In this document: one piece after another, positions 1-14,064 of the stretch
Numbering within the stretch: position 1 is the first letter of the stretch
Layout: each line of letters begins with the position of its first letter
NCBI RefSeq assembly: GCF_016432865.1
Contig: NC_067402.1
Span: forward strand, 61,008,001-61,072,000
Source of the DNA: Antechinus flavipes
Lineage: Eukaryota
Reading direction: 5' to 3'
Length of the DNA: 64,000 bases
Notes under the pieces: model-generated
The model's database searches: none
Seen by the model: only the letters and a program-made list of their open reading frames with translations
Told to the model about the DNA's origin: nothing
Program-made: the position numbers and the translations under genes

Positions 1-1333
1 TGAGACAGACACAATAAACAATGAACTAAATATTAACTTTACTATTGTAAAACTTGTTTGGATAGAGTATCTGCAATGAATGAACATTAGGCTGAAACGT
101 CAATACAACAATTTCCGAGAGTAATGATGTTTCCCTCTCTCTCCTTCTCTTTTCATTTTGGTGACATTTTAAAACATATTATCCATACATATATCTATGT
201 ATCTATTTATGTATCTATCTATGTACACATGCATATATACAATAAAGATTCAGTAAAATATTTAATAATTTCAATTGCTTACTGTGTTTTTTAAAAGTGT
301 CTAGAAGTTGCAAGTACAAAATGGAAGTCAACACTTCTAAATTTCAATCTCAATCAAAGATACTTTAAAAGTTGATCCTAGATGACCCAGTAATTTTAGA
401 ACCAGCTATCATCCTACAACTAACTCTTTAGAAGAGAGAAAGTACAACTGTAGTCACTTAAGACTTTTCCAAATGCTTTAATACCCCCAAATTCCTTTAA
501 GAACCAATCAACAAAAGCATAAATTTAAAAAAAATTGTACTAAAAAAAAAATCATAAAGACACCTCCATATTTTCTAAAATTAGGTTTCACACTATTTTT
601 AAGTCAGTATTTGTAAAGCAAGTGCAAGGCACACCAATGGCTATAATCCACTTGAGTGAGGAACTATCTTTTAGGATTTAACATGTTACTCCAGTGCTTC
701 TGGATGATACAGAGGTGACTTCAGGTCTTTGAAGATTATAATAAGAGAGGTAAACCCTGGGCAGGTACTCAAACAGTCTGGAAAAGGAATTCAATTATGG
801 TTCCAATGACCACATATGTTTTCTGGCTGGGCATCAGGTTAGCTAAGTAAAGAAATGCTCATCATTAGGTTTGGCCACCATGTGAAATGCACTTTGGCCA
901 CAGCATTACTATTACTAATTTCTGATTCAAATGTTTTAGTTGCAATACAGCCACTTATATAGTTTCCAACCATTAAATACTAGAAAAGAAAAATCAAGGT
1001 ACAAGAGGTCCCAAAGGGGAAAGGTTTTGGAAAATCCAATAAAATTCTTAACAGAAGGATAAAAGTACACTTAAGAACAGCCTATATCCAATTATTTACA
1101 TTTCATTACATATGCTTTAGGGTGAATATTATAATCTCAACTCTATATAACATTTTTAGTAGTACAACAGGTATGTTACCAATATAAAATTCACATATAA
1201 ATAAAATTCAAAATGTAGAGACCATAAAGAAAGTAAAAACATATGAGAGAAAGTAGACAGAAAACAATAGATATAGAAAAGTAAAGTTACTTTTTCCCCT
1301 GTATTCACCCAACTCTAGTTATTTCTCTCTTAC

Positions 1334-1513
1334 CTTACAGGAAATATGAATAGCAGACTCTGGGGGATAAACAATAAAATGCCTTAATGTAAAACCAAAG
1401 CCTTGAGATGTTCTCTTCAACATAACCGTTTTTGGACCCGGCCAAGAAAATGTTTCATCTTCAGATGGTGATACTGTTTCACTTTGTTCTTTCCCATCTT
1501 TATTTTTGGCTAC
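1334..1513 (-). CDS. ARHGAP21: ARHGAP21 internal coding exon (180 nt, phase 0/0), start of the N-terminal PDZ domain
   Basis: The minus strand reads tttctttattttcattcattttag|GTA GCC ... TGT AAG|gtaag. It translates to [60 protein letters not shown], nearly identical to my recollection of human ARHGAP21 ([60 protein letters not shown]). Confidence 0.97.
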
Positions 1514-2984
1514 CTAAAATGAATGAAAATAAAGAAAAAATTTGTTTTACAATACAATTTTGATACACTTTAAAAAAAATCACAACTTTGTGATATCCAG
1601 TCCTTTTCATCTAAAAATAAGCAAACACAAAGCAATTCACTGAAACACTACCATAAAACAATTTCTACAAATTCTTCTAGTAGAAAGATCTGTATCACCA
1701 AATCTCCAATGATCCTGATTAAGGTGTAAAAAACAATATTGTACTTTAGATGTTAAGAGATAAATACCTATACATTCATTACAGATATATTTTAACAAAG
1801 CACACAACTTTCAAAATTAACTCCCACCCCCACTCTTTTGCTAAGATAAAAAAATAAAATAAAAACAAGCAATGATACAATTTAGTCATTAGTTCATGGC
1901 CCACCTATAAAAAGAAAATAAAGCACTCACCCAAATTATAATAGCCATATAATTAATATAAAGCCCTAAGAACTACAAAAAAAAAAAAAATTCTTCCTCT
2001 GTCCAACCTATGGTTTTAAACAGGAGCTAACTAAGTGAATATCTCATTAACAATAGATTTTCAATTCCCATTTTAAAAAATCTTATATATCTTCAAAATC
2101 CTGAATATAAATTTACTTGTTTTTCAAAATTCTGAAAAAAACTTTTTTTTTAACCTATTTTCCCCAGGATCCTATTAGTGTCTACATTTAAAAGAGTCAA
2201 TTAAATGACTTAAATAAAAATAACCCTCCCAAAAAAGAAGCTGATTTCTACAGATTAATCATTACACATGGAGATTCCCAGCATACTGACAGAAATAGAT
2301 CGTCCTCAGAACATTTTGAAGAAAAATAATTTTTTAAGGAGTTAAGTGTAAAAACTGTACTTAATATTATATCAAAATTCAAAGTATTACATGATGGAAT
2401 GATTGCAATTGAATTTTTTAAAATAATTATGAAAAAAAAATTGGCATTGGTCAAATTCATGATGTGACATCAAAAAAATAAAAACAACTCTGTAAAAAAT
2501 TCTGAGAATATTCCCAGCAACTCACTTTAAGGAAATTAAACAACATTAACGTTTTGACTAACAAAGCTAAAGTATACTCAATGATTAGAAAGCTTTTGTA
2601 AATGATCATACAATTGGCCAAAGGGTACAGGAAATAAAACATCTTCACTGTTGTTTACTGTTTATTACCTACAGAAAAATTTGCTTAATTAGGACACAAA
2701 ATAGTACCTTAGGTTCTCCTCCAATATGAAATTCCCCATAAATACATTGTAATTATGATTCTTTTAAAGATTTAATAGAAATAACCTATGACCTATTCTA
2801 TGACCTTATTGGCTATCAGAGGATATTCAGCAGAATTCATAAGGAAGAAAAAACTGGAATAGGCTATGTCTTCCAGATGTTCTTATTTGAAGATGACACT
2901 GCAGTGACTTTTTGGACCTCACCAGAGTCTCCCACATAAGACCAAAATGACTCAAAAGTGTTTGGTTGAACTATATATTCTCAT

Positions 2985-3033
2985 TCTCTCTCTCTCGTGC
3001 ATGCTCTCTCTCTTGCTCTCTCTCTCTCTCACT

Positions 3034-3072
<39 letters not shown>
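2985..3072. repeat. Compound (CT)n-(CA)18 microsatellite
   Basis: Read directly; the pure CA run is 3036-3072. Confidence 0.95.
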
Positions 3073-3076
<4 letters not shown>

Positions 3077-3339
3077 TTGTCCAGTTTATGATATATAGAA
3101 GAACATTAATATATGTATCTTGGACAAAGATTTATGTATCAATAGCAAATAGGGTTTATGATAGAAAATAAGAAAGCAGTCCATTTGAGAAATCATGCAA
3201 TTGTATTTGAAATACTAAATTATTTTAATGACCCAACTTTCTTCTTTTAAGAAAAGACTCATTTTTTTTTTTTTGTAACTATTCTTTCAGCAAAATTTTC
3301 TTGGACACAAATCATGTAACAAGAGTCTTCTTTCTAGTC

Positions 3340-4480
3340 ATTTCACACCCTATATCAAGGATAAGGTCAAAACTGATTCATGATTAGATATTAAAGGTGA
3401 TTATAAACAAATTAGAAAAGCAAGGAGTGGTTACCTGTCAGATCTTTGGAGAAGGGAGAAATTTATGGCTAAAGAGGAACTAGAGAATGTTATGAAATGC
3501 AAAATGGATAATTATGATGACATTAAATTAAAAAGGTTTTGCCCAAACAAAATCAATGCAGAAGAAAACTTTTTAAAGCCAGCATTTCTGATAAAGGTCT
3601 CATATCTAAAATAGAGAAGTGAGTCAAATTTATAGGAATGCAAGTCATTCTCCAACTGATAAATGGTCAAACGATTTCTTCAGATGCAGAAATTAAAGCC
3701 ATCTATAGTAATATGAAAAAAATATTCTAAGTCACTATTTATTAGAGAAATGCAAATTAAAACAACTAAGAGGCACTACCTCACATTTCTCAGATTTCTA
3801 ATATGACAGGAAAAGAAAATGATGTTAGAGGGAATGTGGGAAAACTGAAATACTGTTTTTGGAATTGTGAACTGATCCAGCTATTTTGGAGAACAATTTG
3901 GAAGTATGCCTAAAGACTATATAAAACTTGCATACTTTGATCCAATAATATCACTACTGAGGCTGATAGGGGAAGGATCCACATGCTCTTTTGTGATAGC
4001 AGGAAATTGAAAATTGGACAGATGCCCATCAATTGTCTGAATAAATTACGGCATATGAATGTAATGGAGTATTATTTTTCTATAAGAAATGATTCTTATT
4101 TCAGAAAAGCCTGGAGCAACTCACATGAGCTGATGCTGAGAGAAGTGAACAGAACCAGGAGACATTGAACACAGTAAGAGCAAGATTATGTGATGATCAA
4201 CTATGATAGACGTGGCTCTTCTCAGCAATACATTACTAATGTATTACTGACAATTCCAATAGACTCGGGATGGAAAATGCAAGCTGCAGTCAGAGAGAGA
4301 ACTATGGAAAGTGAGCATGAATCGAAGCATACTATTTTCAGCTTCTTTTTTTTTTAAGTTTGCTTTCTCCCTTTTCTTCTGATATTCTTTCACAACATGC
4401 CTAATATAGAAATATATTTAAAATGACTGTACGTGTATAACCTATATTGGATTGCTTGCTATCTTGGGGGTGGAGGGAGG
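3340..4480 (+). mobile_element. Old, degraded L1 3' fragment (ORF2 C-terminus + 3'UTR)
   Basis: Diverged similarity to the younger L1 copies in this window (ataaatggtcaa, aaatgcaaattaaaacaac, gaatgtaatggagtattat). Confidence 0.8.
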
Positions 4481-4884
4481 TGCTAAATACATCTTACTAA
4501 TAGACAGTAAGGGTGTATGTGTGTCCTCTATTTCATCTACAAAGTTAAGTGGAAGACCATCAGCACTCTGGACTGGCCCTCACAAAGTATATCCTAGAAG
4601 GCCTGCAAAGGAGGCACACTGGAATGAAAAGGCATGAATGAGTTTTAAGGATAAGATTTATACATTCATCAAAGTAACTCCACACTTAGTGGAGTGCCTT
4701 GAACATTCACAGGTAGCTAATAATTTCTTGTTGTATTAAAGAAATACAAATTAGGACAGAGGTGCCAAGAACAAAGCCAGCCTCTCCTAACAAAGCAAGG
4801 ATAAAGAGGTTCCTTTCTAATTGGGTATACCTGAGAAGGCAGCACATGAGGTGAAATTTGAAGAAGAGATTAACAAAATGTTAC

Positions 4885-5535
4885 CTTTATTTTTTTTTCT
4901 GTATATATTTCTATTTTTTAAAAATAATTATAACTTTTTATTGACAGAACCCATGCTTGGGTAATTTTCTACAACATTATCCCTTGCACTCACTTCTCTT
5001 CCGACTTTTCCCCTCCGTCCCTCCACCCCCTCCCCCAGATGGCAATACATGTTATGTCCTATACATGTTAAATATGTCACAGTATATTCTAGATACAATA
5101 TATGTTTGCAGAACCGAACAGTTCCCTTGTTGCACAGGGAGAATTGGATTCAGAAGGTAAAAATAACCCAGGAAGAAAAACCAAAATGCATGCAGTTTAC
5201 ATTCATTTCCCACTGTTCTTTCTTTGGGTGTAACTGCTTCTGTCCAAACTAAGTTAGATCTTCTCTTTGTCAAAGAAATACACTTCCATCAGAATACATC
5301 CTCATACAGTATAGTTGTTGAAGTATATAATGATCTCCTGGTTCTGCTCATTTCACTCAGCATCAGTTCATGTAAGTCTCTCCAAGCATCTCTGTATTTA
5401 TCCTGCTGGTCACTTCTTACAGAACAATAATATTCCATAACCTTCATATACCACAATTTACCCAACCATTCTCCAATTGATGGGCATCCATTCATTTTCC
5501 AGTTTCTAGCCACTACAAATAGGGCTGCCACAAAC
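4885..5535 (-). mobile_element. 5'-truncated L1 with TSD ACAAAATGTTAC (4873-4884 / 5536-5547)
   Basis: ORF2 C-terminal peptide FVAALFVVARNWK...LHELMLSEMSRTRRS, then 3'UTR and A-rich tail. The 12-bp direct repeat (15/16 if extended) sits at a TTTT/AAAAG endonuclease-type site. Confidence 0.92.
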
Positions 5536-7129
5536 ACAAAATGTTACTTTTAAAACATAAAATGTGAAGCAGACACAACAGAGGGTTGTCACAGACCCAG
5601 GGCTCAACATGTACAAATATACACAGAACAGGAAAGCAAGCAGCAGTTTGTAATCCAGGGTGGCTGAAGCACACAGTGCATGAAGTAAAGTCTAAGAAGG
5701 CAGGCTTTGACTTGAAGGATATGAGTGCTGGAAAAATTCTGGGATGGTCATCTTTGAAGGGCAGATAAAGAAGTCTCTCTGTTGTTAGCAAGCAATGGGG
5801 CCCACAGAATGTTTCTAAGAAAGGGATGTTGTGATCAGCAAGTATGTACAATAAGCACATTACTCACTAGTTGATTTAGTTCCAAAAATAGTAGCAATAG
5901 CAGTAAGATAAAGGAAACTATAGATATATAGAGAGGAATGGTTTTGCTCCACTTTGCCTATTTGCTGATGATATGATAGTTTACTAAGAAAATTCTGGAG
6001 AATCAACAAATAAACTAATTTGGTTTTAGTGCAGTTTCAAACTAGATGGTAAACCTACAAAAATCAAAAGATTTGTTGTTGATTTTTAGTATACAATAAT
6101 AAAAAACCAAGAGGGGAAAAGCGGGGAATGAAAGAGAAGGAAAAGAAAGGGAATTCATTAAGTACTACACTAAGTGCTGTGTGCTGCAGAACACTTTACA
6201 ACTATTGCCTCTTTTGAGCTTCACTACACCCCCCTGGACTGTTACTATCATTCCGATTTGATGAGTAAGAAAACTGAGGTAGATAGAGCACTTAACTAAC
6301 TTGCTCAAGATCATAAGAAGGAATCTCAGGTTTCATGGAGAATGTGGTATCTGATTCAAGAAGAAAGATAATCATTCTAAGAGGCAACATTAAAGAAAGA
6401 ATGAATTTTAGGTATGGGGTCGGGAGGAGGAAAGAACAGGTAGGAGCTGTAATCTCAGTAAAAGGGAAAATGTGCTGGAGGTATAGGACATTTGAAAAGG
6501 AGTAGTTTAAGACTGAAATTAGGTAGAAATAAAGAAAAACTATACACAGAGATCTATGTATGCATACACACAAGTGTAATAACTATGTATATAACATACA
6601 TATTTATATGTACATTTTTTAAAAATCAGCTTTTATCTTTTATTATGGTATCTTTCAACCTTGATTTTTTACATAACCAAATGACCTTGCTATGGAATCT
6701 TCCATGGTTGTCAGAAAAGACAATTTTAGTACCCAACGATTTGATTCCTATTGCTTTTCCTCTCACAAGCACACACTTCGTGAATACTATTTCTTGTTTC
6801 CATCTTATATTCATGTTTTCTCAATATATCTATTTAGGAAATCTTAGCTATTTACACGAGACATTCATTTTTAAGAGATCTTCTCTTTGAGGATCTAATG
6901 TTCAAAAAATGTTAGATATTAATTCAGACAACCACAATGTAAATTCTTAGCTCTGTATTTCCTATCTGTGTGGTCTCAAACATGTCATTTTTATCAGTAC
7001 TTTAGAAAACGATAAAAATGGCATGGCATGCTTAATAAATTTGCTGCTAACCTATTAGATGAAAAAATAAGGATGATCTCTTAAGTTTGTTTCCAGTTCT
7101 ATTTTCTACAATCCTGTGATTCAAAAAGA

Positions 7130-7460
7130 TTTTAGGCTATAATGTTAGGCCAAATCAATTAAGTTGAAATTTAAAAGGACAAATGTAATGTCTTCTAATT
7201 GAGTTCCTATATACAAAGTAAAGAAGAGAGACATGGCTCAACTATGGTTCATCTGAAAAAAAGGACTATGGGTTTGGAGAACTTCAAGCTCTATCAATAA
7301 GTCAACATTGATAAGGTTGCTGGCCAAAAGCTAGCACTACACTGCCTCATCTGCAAGAGGCCTTATATGTCCTGGACTAGAGAAGTTTAAAAAAAAAAAG
7401 TCCCACTACAGAGAGCTTTTGATTGGTTCTGGGAACCACCATTTGGAGAACGACATAGAT
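7130..7460 (+). mobile_element. L3/CR1 fragment
   Basis: ggacaaatgtaatgtc...gttcatctgaaaaa...caagctctatcaataagtcaaca...gccaaaagcta follows the recalled L3 RT C-terminal sequence. Confidence 0.6.
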
Positions 7461-8809
7461 GAGTAAGAATGCACATCAGAGAGAACACCCAAGACAGGGA
7501 AAAGACTAGAAAATATATCATACTATATTATGGTTGAAGAATATTTAATCCAGAGGAAAAAAAATGAAAAATCTTAGAGACATTCTTAGATATTGAATGA
7601 GAATTTTGAAGAAGAAAGGAAGAACCTTAATTAGGAATAATGGTTTCTAATTTTGGCAGTTAGAACAGAGTAGAACTAAAAAAAAATTTAGATTTTTAAA
7701 ATAAATGTTCCCCATGTGGAAAGACTATGCGTCACAATCCCAGTGAAAGCTTAGATTCCTGAGAGGAAAGGATGAATAGAGAGTGTATTGTATTAATGAA
7801 GTTCTGAAGGACAACTTGAACAAATGCAATGGAAAGAAGAAATGAATATTCCAACACCCTCCACCTGCTGCCTCTGCCTATTTTCCATTTCCTCTCAAGG
7901 ATGAGGATAACTGGCTATTAGATGGAATCATGGGCCAGATTCTCTGGAAGAGGGCATCTCAGTCTGGATTCCCTTTCTTGTTCTGAAAATTGATGACAGA
8001 TCAGTTATGTACTTTGTGAGTCTAAGATAAAAAATGTGCATATTGATTCTGGGAAATAACTATTGAAGAGGCTACCAAAGGTAGATAAAGAAACCCAGAC
8101 AGTGCTGTTAATCCCAAGACTCTCCCCAGAAAGTTCATAGCACAGATTTCCAGGCCCTAAACTACTATTTGAGGCATAGTAGTTTGAAAAGGAGACAGTC
8201 CTACATCCCAAGAAGATTCATAACTCCAATAATATCATCAATTGCCCCATTCCAGGGCAAAAAGTAAAAAGAGGTAAGGACATGGCAATATCTATCTCAA
8301 ATCTCAGGGCACTTACACAGGCTATTCCCCCTTGATGGAATGCTTTCTCTACTCAACCCTTCTTCTCTCTTTTCTTTAAGACTCAGTTCACAAGTTATAT
8401 TCACCTTCTCTAGAAAGCAATTAACTATCTTACTCTGAAAATTCATATCCTGTCCTCCTCCAAAAGAACGAGTGGCCTGTGAACAGACTGTTTCATTTTT
8501 GTCTTTGTAATTCTGGCTCTTAGCATACTACCTTATATATACTATATGTTTAATATAAATTCAATTGAATTGAATTGAGGAAGAAAGGAGAAAGATTTTA
8601 ATATCTGCTACAAGAATGATGACAGAACATAAATCTGAGATTTAAGAGGATTTCTATGTAACAATAATAGTCCAGTTAAATTGGATTAAAAGTAATTTGC
8701 AGCGGATCCAATTCAACAGTAACTAGGAGATAAAAACAAAGAAAATAGATAATAGAGAATTTACAGCGTAGGTATAGCAGAAAAGGGCAAAGGAAGATAA
8801 CATCTAGAA

Positions 8810-9058
8810 AAAGACTGTTGTCATTTTTCAGTAATGTCTGATGCACTATGATCCCATTTGGGGTTTTTGTGGGAAAGATATTGAAATGATCTGACAGTCT
8901 CTTTTCTAGCTCATTTTATAAACAAGGCAACTAAAGCAAATAGGATGAAGGGACTTGCCCAGGGACCACAGTTAGTAAGTTCTGACGCCAGATTTGAATT
9001 CAGGAATATGCATCTCTCTTGACTACAGACCAGTACTCTACTATGCTATTTAGCTGAC
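8810..9058 (-). mobile_element. MAR1-type CORE-SINE (similar copies at ~24745-24918, ~41082-41270, ~46405-46700)
   Basis: gacccatttggggttttcttggcaaagata-type RTE-derived segment plus gacttgcccagggtcacacagctagtaag core. Confidence 0.7.
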
Positions 9059-9674
9059 AATTCTAAAAGAAACAATCAACAACCAAACATCAAATTTTAT
9101 TTTCACACTAGTTATAAGCATTAATAACAGGGAATAAATAAAAAATCTAAAAGTGGAAACAAAAAGAGTTAAAAATTCATTTTTCTTCATTTTATCTATA
9201 CCCTCATATAAACCTCTCCCCACTGCTAGCAAGCAGTAAAACATGTGCTTAATTACATTTTCCCTACTAGATTCTTTGGTGCAAGTAATTCTCAAAGATA
9301 AATATCCCTTAAAAATGTGGCTAATGGATTTCTTAGTATCTGTACTTTGATCAAGTTCATTTAAACGTGCTAATGCTTTGAGCTCATATATGTTTGTGAA
9401 GATGAAAATCAGAAGCAAGAACGTTTATTTTGTTTTGAGAGACTGAATTAAACTAATTTGATTTTTATATTTGGCCTTTAGTTAATTTTTCCCCATGGCT
9501 AATAGCTTAAGAAAAGTTGCTCACTCCTGAATTAGAGTTTTAAGTTATAATACAGTAGCTTAAACTATGATTAACTTTGATGTTAAAAAATATAACTCAT
9601 TGAACATCAATCCTAAAATCAATGTATATTCTATGTAATAAAAAGAATTTAGGAATACAAAAGGTGCTTTGGCT

Positions 9675-9765
9675 CAAAAGCTAAGTGTATGCTTGCTAAA
9701 AAAATTCTTTTATGGAGAACTCTCACAGGGAAAGTGCTCATGTATTGGTTAGAAAAGGTGAGGCT
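9675..9765 (+). mobile_element. Short extra RTE fragment repeating the 10800-10890 segment
   Basis: tgtatgcttgctaaaaa...ttttatggagaactc is shared with 10810-10850. Confidence 0.7.
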
Positions 9766-9959
9766 GAAAGGACTTAAGTATGGTGAATTTATGTATCACA
9801 GACACATCCATTCTTTCTTAAAAAAAAAAAAAAAAAACCCATACTGTTCTTTTCCATACTGTTGCAAAAATATCTGCACAGAAAACACATTTGCTCTTTT
9901 TCCATTTCCAACCTGTACCTAACCTGTAATTTCTCAAGATAACAATAAAATGTAGTGAT

Positions 9960-11225
9960 CCAAATTCGGGTGCTCAGAGAAGTTCATCAGTCTAGTACGT
10001 CAGTTTCATGAGAGCATGCTTGCCTGGATTCTGGACAATGGACAATGCTCTCGAGCTTTCCCAGTCACCGATGCAGAGAGACGAGGCTGTGTGTTTGCTC
10101 CCGTGGTTTTGTTTTTTTTTTTTTTTGCATGATGGTTTCAGCCATGTTGTCAAACATCTTCTTGAGGACAATCATGGAATCAAAGTCAGCCATTGAACTG
10201 GTGGTAAATTCTTCACCATGAAAAGGCTACCAGCCAATACTAAAGTGGAGGGAGCATTGGAACGTGATTTTTTTGTTTGTAGATGGTTGTGCCCTTGGTG
10301 CAGCCTCTAAAACTGAGATGCAACAACAAAGTATGGATCAATTCTCTGCTGCTTGGGCTAAGTTTGGCCTAACAATTAATAACAAGAAAACAGCCAGCAC
10401 TATACCATCCATGTGTGGAGTCATCAGTTACAGCAAATGCAGAAGTTATGATTGCTGTGGACAGTTTGCTTACCTTGACAGTATAGCACTACTCAGCTAG
10501 CTCAGTTTGGGAGGAACTGAACGAAAGTGTGGAAGAAGAGAGGAATATTAGACTATCTAATTGAAGATCTACAGAATCACTATGCTGACTTCATTGCTGT
10601 TTGCAGGTAAAAACCTGGACAACATACCAGGCACCACACCAAGAAACTGAATTGCTTCCATTTGAATTTTCTTAGGAAGCTTCTGAAGATTATCTGGCAG
10701 GATAGGATAGGAGACAGAGGTCCTTTCTCGAACTAAACTGCCAAGCATTCCAACTCTACTGCAGAGAACACAACATCACTGGGCTGGCCACATTGTCCGA
10801 AAGCCAAATGTATGCTTGCTAAAAACATTATTTTATGGAGAACTCACACATGGCAAGAGCTCATGTGGTAGCCAGAAAAAGTGATACAAGGACACTCTCA
10901 AGGTCTCTCTTAAGAACTTTATAATTGATTGAATGACATGGGAGACACTGGCTCAGGATCACCTAGCATGGCGTGGTTTCAAAGAAGGTGCTGTGCTTTG
11001 TGAGCAAAGCATAAGTGAATTAGCCCCCCAAAAACACAAGATACACAAATATAGAGAATCCCCCCCCCCCAAATGTTCACAGGACTATTTGTGTTCAATT
11101 GTGGCAACGCATTCCAAGCTCATGTCGGTCTGAATAACCAGTCGGACACACTGTTAACTCAACTCTAACACAGTGATATCATTTTGGTCCTTTTGGAGAA
11201 CAAAGAATAACAACCAACTAACTAA
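9960..11225 (+). mobile_element. RTE-clade LINE 3' fragment (degraded RT + 3' end)
   Basis: gagctttcccagtcacc...ggctgtgtgtttgctccc (GVKQGCVLAP-type RT motif) and the RTE-type terminus cattttggtcc...gagaacaaagaataacaaccaac. Confidence 0.88.
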
Positions 11226-12149
11226 CATGTGTGTGTGTATATGTATATATGTATATATATACATATACACACACACATACAAACAACTGCTTCTAAATGA
11301 GTAAACTTGAGATAATCATTTACTGCACTGTTAAAAATCATGTGCTAAGCCAGAAACTACCTATGATGTTTGTGGCCATTTTAGAGTGGAAGGTCCAAGA
11401 AACCTAGCCCCATAATTCTGGTAAATTTATCTTAGAAACTATGTCTACAATTCAGATGGTACAATCTATTGTCTCATCTATCTAGGTCTCATCCCATTAA
11501 TAAGGAACTGTGTGATCTTGGTCAAGTCACAACTTCTCTGAACAGTCTTTCTCATCTATAAAACAAGAGAGATGGACTAAATGACATTTAAGTATCTCCC
11601 ACTTCCAACATTCTAAGATACTATGATGGGTAGTGCTTTAGCTTACAATTTCATGAGCTAATTCAGCCATAAATTCACTCCCCATCCTCACTGCCAAGAA
11701 GCAGATTAATAAAGCAAATATAGATGTGTTATGTGACACAATTACATGTACTATTTTTACAATGGATCATAACTTGTAATGAAATAAATATTTAACGAAG
11801 CACAAAATCACTAATATTTGCATGTACTTTCAAAAAAATAAATACTTTAGAACAAAGTTCAAAGAAATGCAAAGAGGGAAATTAGGTAACTTTTTCAATT
11901 AACTCTACTTTAAATTACTGTTTAACTATAGTAGTACTAGAACTGTCTGTCTTTCACACACACACACACTATACATAAAATATCCAATGTCATACAATTT
12001 TTTTCTTTGAAGATATAGTTGATGTTTGTCAAATTCATAATCATGAAAGAAAATTTTGAAAAATACTTATAAAGATAAGTTTGCTTCAATCCCACTAAAA
12101 AGAACAGGACCCCCCTTTCTCAATCCCCTCAACCCCATCCCACCCCACC

Positions 12150-12302
12150 CCCTTTTTTTTTTAAATCAAGGTAACTGCATTAAGTGGGCTTGTCCAGGGT
12201 CACATTGCTTAGTAAGTGTCAATTATCTGAGATCACATTTGAACTCAGATCCTCCTTACTCCAGGGACAATGTTCTTATTCACTGTGCCACCTAGCTGTC
12301 CC
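12150..12302 (-). mobile_element. WSINE1-like SINE
   Basis: Reverse complement of the same A-box/B-box/core pattern with a T-tail. Confidence 0.8.
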
Positions 12303-12689
12303 CCATTCCTTCTTTTAAAGTGATTTGGGCACCAGAAAGCTTGTATAATAATTACTCAACAATTGTAGCAAGTCTCTAAATGATAGATTAATTATGTTAG
12401 ACAACTCAGGATTCCAGTGAGAATGGATGTAACAAAGGGGCCATTCTGGTTAATCCCTACCCCTCCCATTTTTTACATTTGCAACCTCAATCAGGAGACA
12501 CCCCACTCCTACCCCCATCTTTTACTTCTTCCTAGACAAGATTCCTTTCCCATTGCTTTCAAGTTGGCCCAAGACTTGCCTGCCCTAAAAAAAACAAAAA
12601 CAAAACCTTCACTAGATCCCAGTCCCCGCCCCCCACAACTCCCACTCCCACAAAGCTATCAAACTCTTCTTTTTTAAATTCCTACACAA

Positions 12690-14060
12690 AGCCATCTACT
12701 TTTGCAGCCTTAACTTCCTCTCCTCTCACTCACTTCTCAACCCTTTGCCATTTGGCTTCTGACCTCATTACTCAACTGAAACTTTTTTTCCCCAAAGTTA
12801 CCAAAGATCTTTTAATTGTCAAATATGATAACCTTTTCTTAATCCTTGTCATTCTTGACCTCTGATACATCCAGTTGACAATGCTAAGCATACTCTTCTG
12901 GGATATTATCTCCTCCAGCTTTTCATGACAATACTCTCTTACCTATCTGACTGTTCCTTCTCCATCTCCTGGCTATCTTCTCTTTCATATTAGGCTCCCT
13001 AACCAAGTATTCACTAGGTTCTGTCCTAGCCCCTCTACTTTTTTTCCTCTATATTCTCTCCCCTGGAAAACCACAAGTTTTTAAATTGATCACTCAAAAA
13101 ATCTATTCATTTCACCTTTCTCCACTGAAGGTTTAGTCTTTTATCATCAGTTGTCTATTGGACATTTCAGTGTGGATGTCCTAAAGACATCTCAAAGTCA
13201 GCATGTTCAAATTTAAACTCATTCCTTTCCTTCTAAATTCTCCCTTCTTCCAAATTTACCTATTTCTGATGAAGGGACCATCATCATTCCCATATCCTAG
13301 GTTTGCAACCTTAGCACAATTCTGGACTCCTTACTCTCACATATCAAACAATGGGGACATCTTGCTGTCTCTACCACAACATACTTTGCATCCAACTTCT
13401 CTCTATTCATCCATCTACAGTCTTAGTGAAGATTCTCAGTCTCTCTTTGCTAAATTAATGTCAACAATGTCCAAATTAGTTAGCCTCTCTAACGCGTTCT
13501 TAACTCTAGTCTGCCCTACGAACTTCTGACAATAATTTTCATTAAGCACTGATCTGACTCTGTCACTCCCCAACTCAACCCATTCTAGTAGTTCCCTGTT
13601 GCCTCTAAGTTAAAATATAAACTCCTCTATTTCATTTTTACTGTCCTTCTCAATCTAGTCCTAAGTCACACTTGACATTATTCCCTCATCAATTCAGCCA
13701 AAATGGCATTCTTCCATTATTCACAAATCTTCTCTTGATTTCTTTTTGTCTCAGCCACTTTGCACAAGCATTTTATATACTTGGAATGAACTCATCCCTA
13801 CTCATTAAGCCCCCTTTAACATGCAGCTCAAGTAACATGCACCTTCTACAGGAAGTCTTCCTTGAGTCCCTAGATTTCTGCAAGTACCCTCCCTGCCAAA
13901 GTAATTATAATTAACTACTTCATATTTATATGCATTTATTCACATATTTATTCTGCATATACTGATGTGTACTTCCTATGACATCCATTAGAGTATAAAT
14001 TTTTTTGCAAATATAGAATTTCATTTTCTGTTTTTCCCACTGCTTGGCACTGAATAATTG
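12690..14060 (+). mobile_element. L2 LINE 3' fragment
   Basis: Pyrimidine-rich L2 RT/3' sequence (gacatctcaaagtcagcatgttcaaatttaaactc...) ending ...aataattgactgactga. Confidence 0.8.
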
Positions 14061-14064
14061 ACTG

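Noticed and set aside
1-1333. Search for the next ARHGAP21 exon (DEENGNRG-like micro-exon)
   Set aside because: No matching sequence found; it presumably lies beyond the left edge of the window.
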